Shown: piece by piece, positions 62,226 to 64,000 of the stretch
How the letters are laid out: every line of letters begins with the position of its first letter
Numbering within the stretch: the first letter of the stretch is position 1
DNA from: Lachnospiraceae bacterium
Lineage (GTDB): Bacteria; Bacillota; Clostridia; Lachnospirales; Lachnospiraceae
Reading direction: 5' to 3'
NCBI GenBank assembly: GCA_017550165.1
Contig: JAFZQH010000030.1
Span: 77,798 to 141,797, forward strand
Length of the DNA: 64,000 nt
Notes under the pieces: model-generated
The model's input: the letters and a program-made list of their open reading frames with translations, nothing else
Told to the model about the DNA's origin: nothing
Databases searched by the model: none
Program-made: the position numbers and the translations under genes

Positions 62226-63560
62226 GTGAATAGTCAGTTTTTCGGAAACAAGCTATCTTCCTTTCAGATAATAATAATCGGTTTTTTATCAGTCATCCTT
62301 GCAGGGGCACTTTTACTGATGCTGCCCATATCATCAGCATCAGGTGCAGTGACTCCCTTTAAGGATGCTTTATTTACGTCTACTTCCGCTGTATGTGTGA
62401 CAGGGCTGGTGGTCTACGACACGGCTACATACTGGTCCCTCTTCGGACAGGCCATCATCCTGATCCTGATCCAGCTGGGAGGCTTAGGTATCATCTCCGT
62501 GATAGCCTTCGTTGCCACCATATCCGGAAGGAGGATATCCCTGTTAGAACGAAGCATGCTCCAGGATACCTTGTCTACCCATCAGATAGGCGGTATCGTC
62601 AAGCTGGTCAGTTTCGTATTTAAAGTAGTATTTGCTGCAGAGCTCATCGGAGCCCTCATCATGATGCCTGTCTTCATACAATATAACGGCGTCTCCGGGA
62701 TCTGGCTGTCGATCTTCCACTCGGTTTCCGCTCTCTGCAATGCCGGTTTTGATATAATGGGATCCAGGACAGGGCCTTTTTCATCCCTCACCTTTTTTGC
62801 CGACAACCCTGTCATAGTCCTTACCATCTGTTTCCTTATAGTGTTCGGTGGTATCGGCTTCCTGACATGGGATGATATAGTGACCCACAGACAGCATTTA
62901 CATAAGTATCGTATGCAGAGCAAGGTAATATTGGTTACGACCTTTATCCTTATAGTTGTCCCGGCGGTTACCCTCTTTTTCGGTGAATTCGGTGATCACC
63001 CCTTCGGTGAAAGGGTATTGTTGTCACTGTTCCAGTCCGTAACTCCCAGGACGGCCGGTTTTAACACTGCAGACCTGTCCCTCCTCTCCGGTCCGGGACG
63101 GTCTCTGACCATAATCCTGATGCTGATAGGAGGTTCGCCGGGATCCACGGCAGGCGGTATCAAGACCACCTCCATAGCTGTAATGTTTTCCAATGCAAGG
63201 GCTGTATTTTTAAGAAAAAAGAGCGCCACACTCTTTTCCAGGCGTTTAGAGGAGATAGCCATAAGGAATGCTTTCACCCTGTTGATGCTGTATGTTTTCC
63301 TTTCAATAACAGGCGCTGCACTTATAAGCATGATGGATCATCAGCCAATGGGAGCCTGCCTGTTCGAAACAGTTTCAGCCATAGGAACTGTAGGATTATC
63401 GCTTGGCCTGACGCCTCATCTGGGCGCCCTGTCCCATGTGATCCTGATCCTGCTCATGTTCCTGGGACGTGTAGGCGGAATGACCATGATGTACGCTGCA
63501 TTAAGCACGAGGAATGCTGAGGTTTCCCAGTTCCCCGTGGAGAAGATAACAGTAGGTTGA
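62226..63560 (+). CDS. trkH: TrkH/KtrB-family potassium uptake membrane protein.
   Basis: GTG 62226 follows AGGGGAG. Repeated selectivity-filter-like motifs (CVTGL, CNAGF, RTAGF, GTVGLS). The upstream part of the track ORF has no membrane character. Confidence 0.8.
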   Translation: MNSQFFGNKLSSFQIIIIGFLSVILAGALLLMLPISSASGAVTPFKDALFTSTSAVCVTGLVVYDTATYWSLFGQAIILILIQLGGLGIISVIAFVATISGRRISLLERSMLQDTLSTHQIGGIVKLVSFVFKVVFAAELIGALIMMPVFIQYNGVSGIWLSIFHSVSALCNAGFDIMGSRTGPFSSLTFFADNPVIVLTICFLIVFGGIGFLTWDDIVTHRQHLHKYRMQSKVILVTTFILIVVPAVTLFFGEFGDHPFGERVLLSLFQSVTPRTAGFNTADLSLLSGPGRSLTIILMLIGGSPGSTAGGIKTTSIAVMFSNARAVFLRKKSATLFSRRLEEIAIRNAFTLLMLYVFLSITGAALISMMDHQPMGACLFETVSAIGTVGLSLGLTPHLGALSHVILILLMFLGRVGGMTMMYAALSTRNAEVSQFPVEKITVG

Positions 63561-63588
63561 TCAGTAATACTATATCGGAGGCAATAAT

Positions 63589-64000
63589 ATGAAATCAATA
63601 CTTCTTATAGGTTTAAACAATTTCGGATTTATCCTGGCCAAGCAACTTCACAGTCTCGGACATGAGATAATGGCCATTGATATCAATGAAGAGCGGGTCA
63701 ACAGCATCCTTCCCCTGGTTACGGATGCCCAGATCGGAGACAGCACAAATGAAGCCTTCTTAAAGTCTCTGGGCGTGAACAATTTTGATGTCTGCATAGT
63801 TACCATAAGCAGCAATTTCCAAAGTTCTCTGGAGACTACCTCTCTTCTTAAGGAACTTGGGGGCAAGCTGGTGGTATCACGTGCCAACAGGGAGGTTCAG
63901 GCCAAATTCCTGCTTCGGAACGGAGCAGATGAAGTAATCATCCCCGAGAAACAGATCGCCGAATGGGCTGCTATCCGTTACGGCTCCAACCACGTTTTAG
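63589..64000 (+). CDS. trkA: TrkA/KtrA-type RCK N-domain protein; the 3' end runs off the window.
   Basis: Manual translation gives MKSILLIGLNNFGFILAKQLHSLGHEIMAIDINEERVNS...NFDVCIVTISSNFQSSLETTSLLKELG. This is closely KtrA-like. CGGAGG RBS. Confidence 0.75.
   Translation, partial: MKSILLIGLNNFGFILAKQLHSLGHEIMAIDINEERVNSILPLVTDAQIGDSTNEAFLKSLGVNNFDVCIVTISSNFQSSLETTSLLKELGGKLVVSRANREVQAKFLLRNGADEVIIPEKQIAEWAAIRYGSNHVL

Overview
The window looks like chromosomal DNA from a low/medium-GC Firmicute. It is probably a Clostridia/Lachnospiraceae-type gut or rumen anaerobe. This is inferred from GGAGG-type RBSs, Ser/Ala-rich lipoprotein linkers, Big_2/DUF6273-like surface proteins and glycyl-radical chemistry. 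It is densely coding, with about 50 genes, mostly transport and signalling.

Gene content, left to right:
- a CapA-like fragment;
- a glycyl-radical enzyme (GRE) operon with tctBAC, plus a divergent activase;
- a lipase / GAF-ABC ATPase / giant FtsX permease operon;
- an orphan membrane protein and an arylamine N-acetyltransferase;
- an Opp/Nik-type ABC operon and a MATE pump;
- two HTH-Uma2 nuclease paralogs bracketing an MCP, two SAM methyltransferases, a lipoprotein and brnQ;
- mntP and a Ca/Na antiporter;
- cupin plus PAS-GGDEF;
- acyl-CoA synthetase / zinc-ribbon membrane protein / TPM protein;
- rubrerythrin and a large Big_2 surface protein;
- a c-di-GMP cluster (degenerate EAL-HDOD, GGDEF, hybrid histidine kinase);
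- bioY;
- a small decayed accessory patch (type-I-toxin-like mini-ORF, Rpn-like remnant, SWIM protein, truncated SNF2 helicase);
- an HMA / P1B-ATPase / MATE operon;
- a second Opp/Nik-type ABC operon behind a clear cobalamin riboswitch;
- trkH/trkA.

I saw no rRNA, tRNA, CRISPR array, intact transposase/integrase or prophage.

Best candidates for something new:
1. The GRE + TTT-transporter locus, whose Cys loop reads C-V-D rather than the C-x-E of characterised eliminases.
2. The lipase / GAF-ATPase / coiled-coil FtsX operon.
3. A dispersed family of near-identical GACAGGGG[A/T]C palindromes. It includes an inverted pair bracketing a 7-kb transporter segment and a 35-bp perfect inverted repeat upstream of bioY.
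4. A type-I toxin-like 31-codon ORF with long-range 5'/3' pairing.

All functional calls come from motif recognition by eye. No database searches were run. Exact starts are judged from RBSs.
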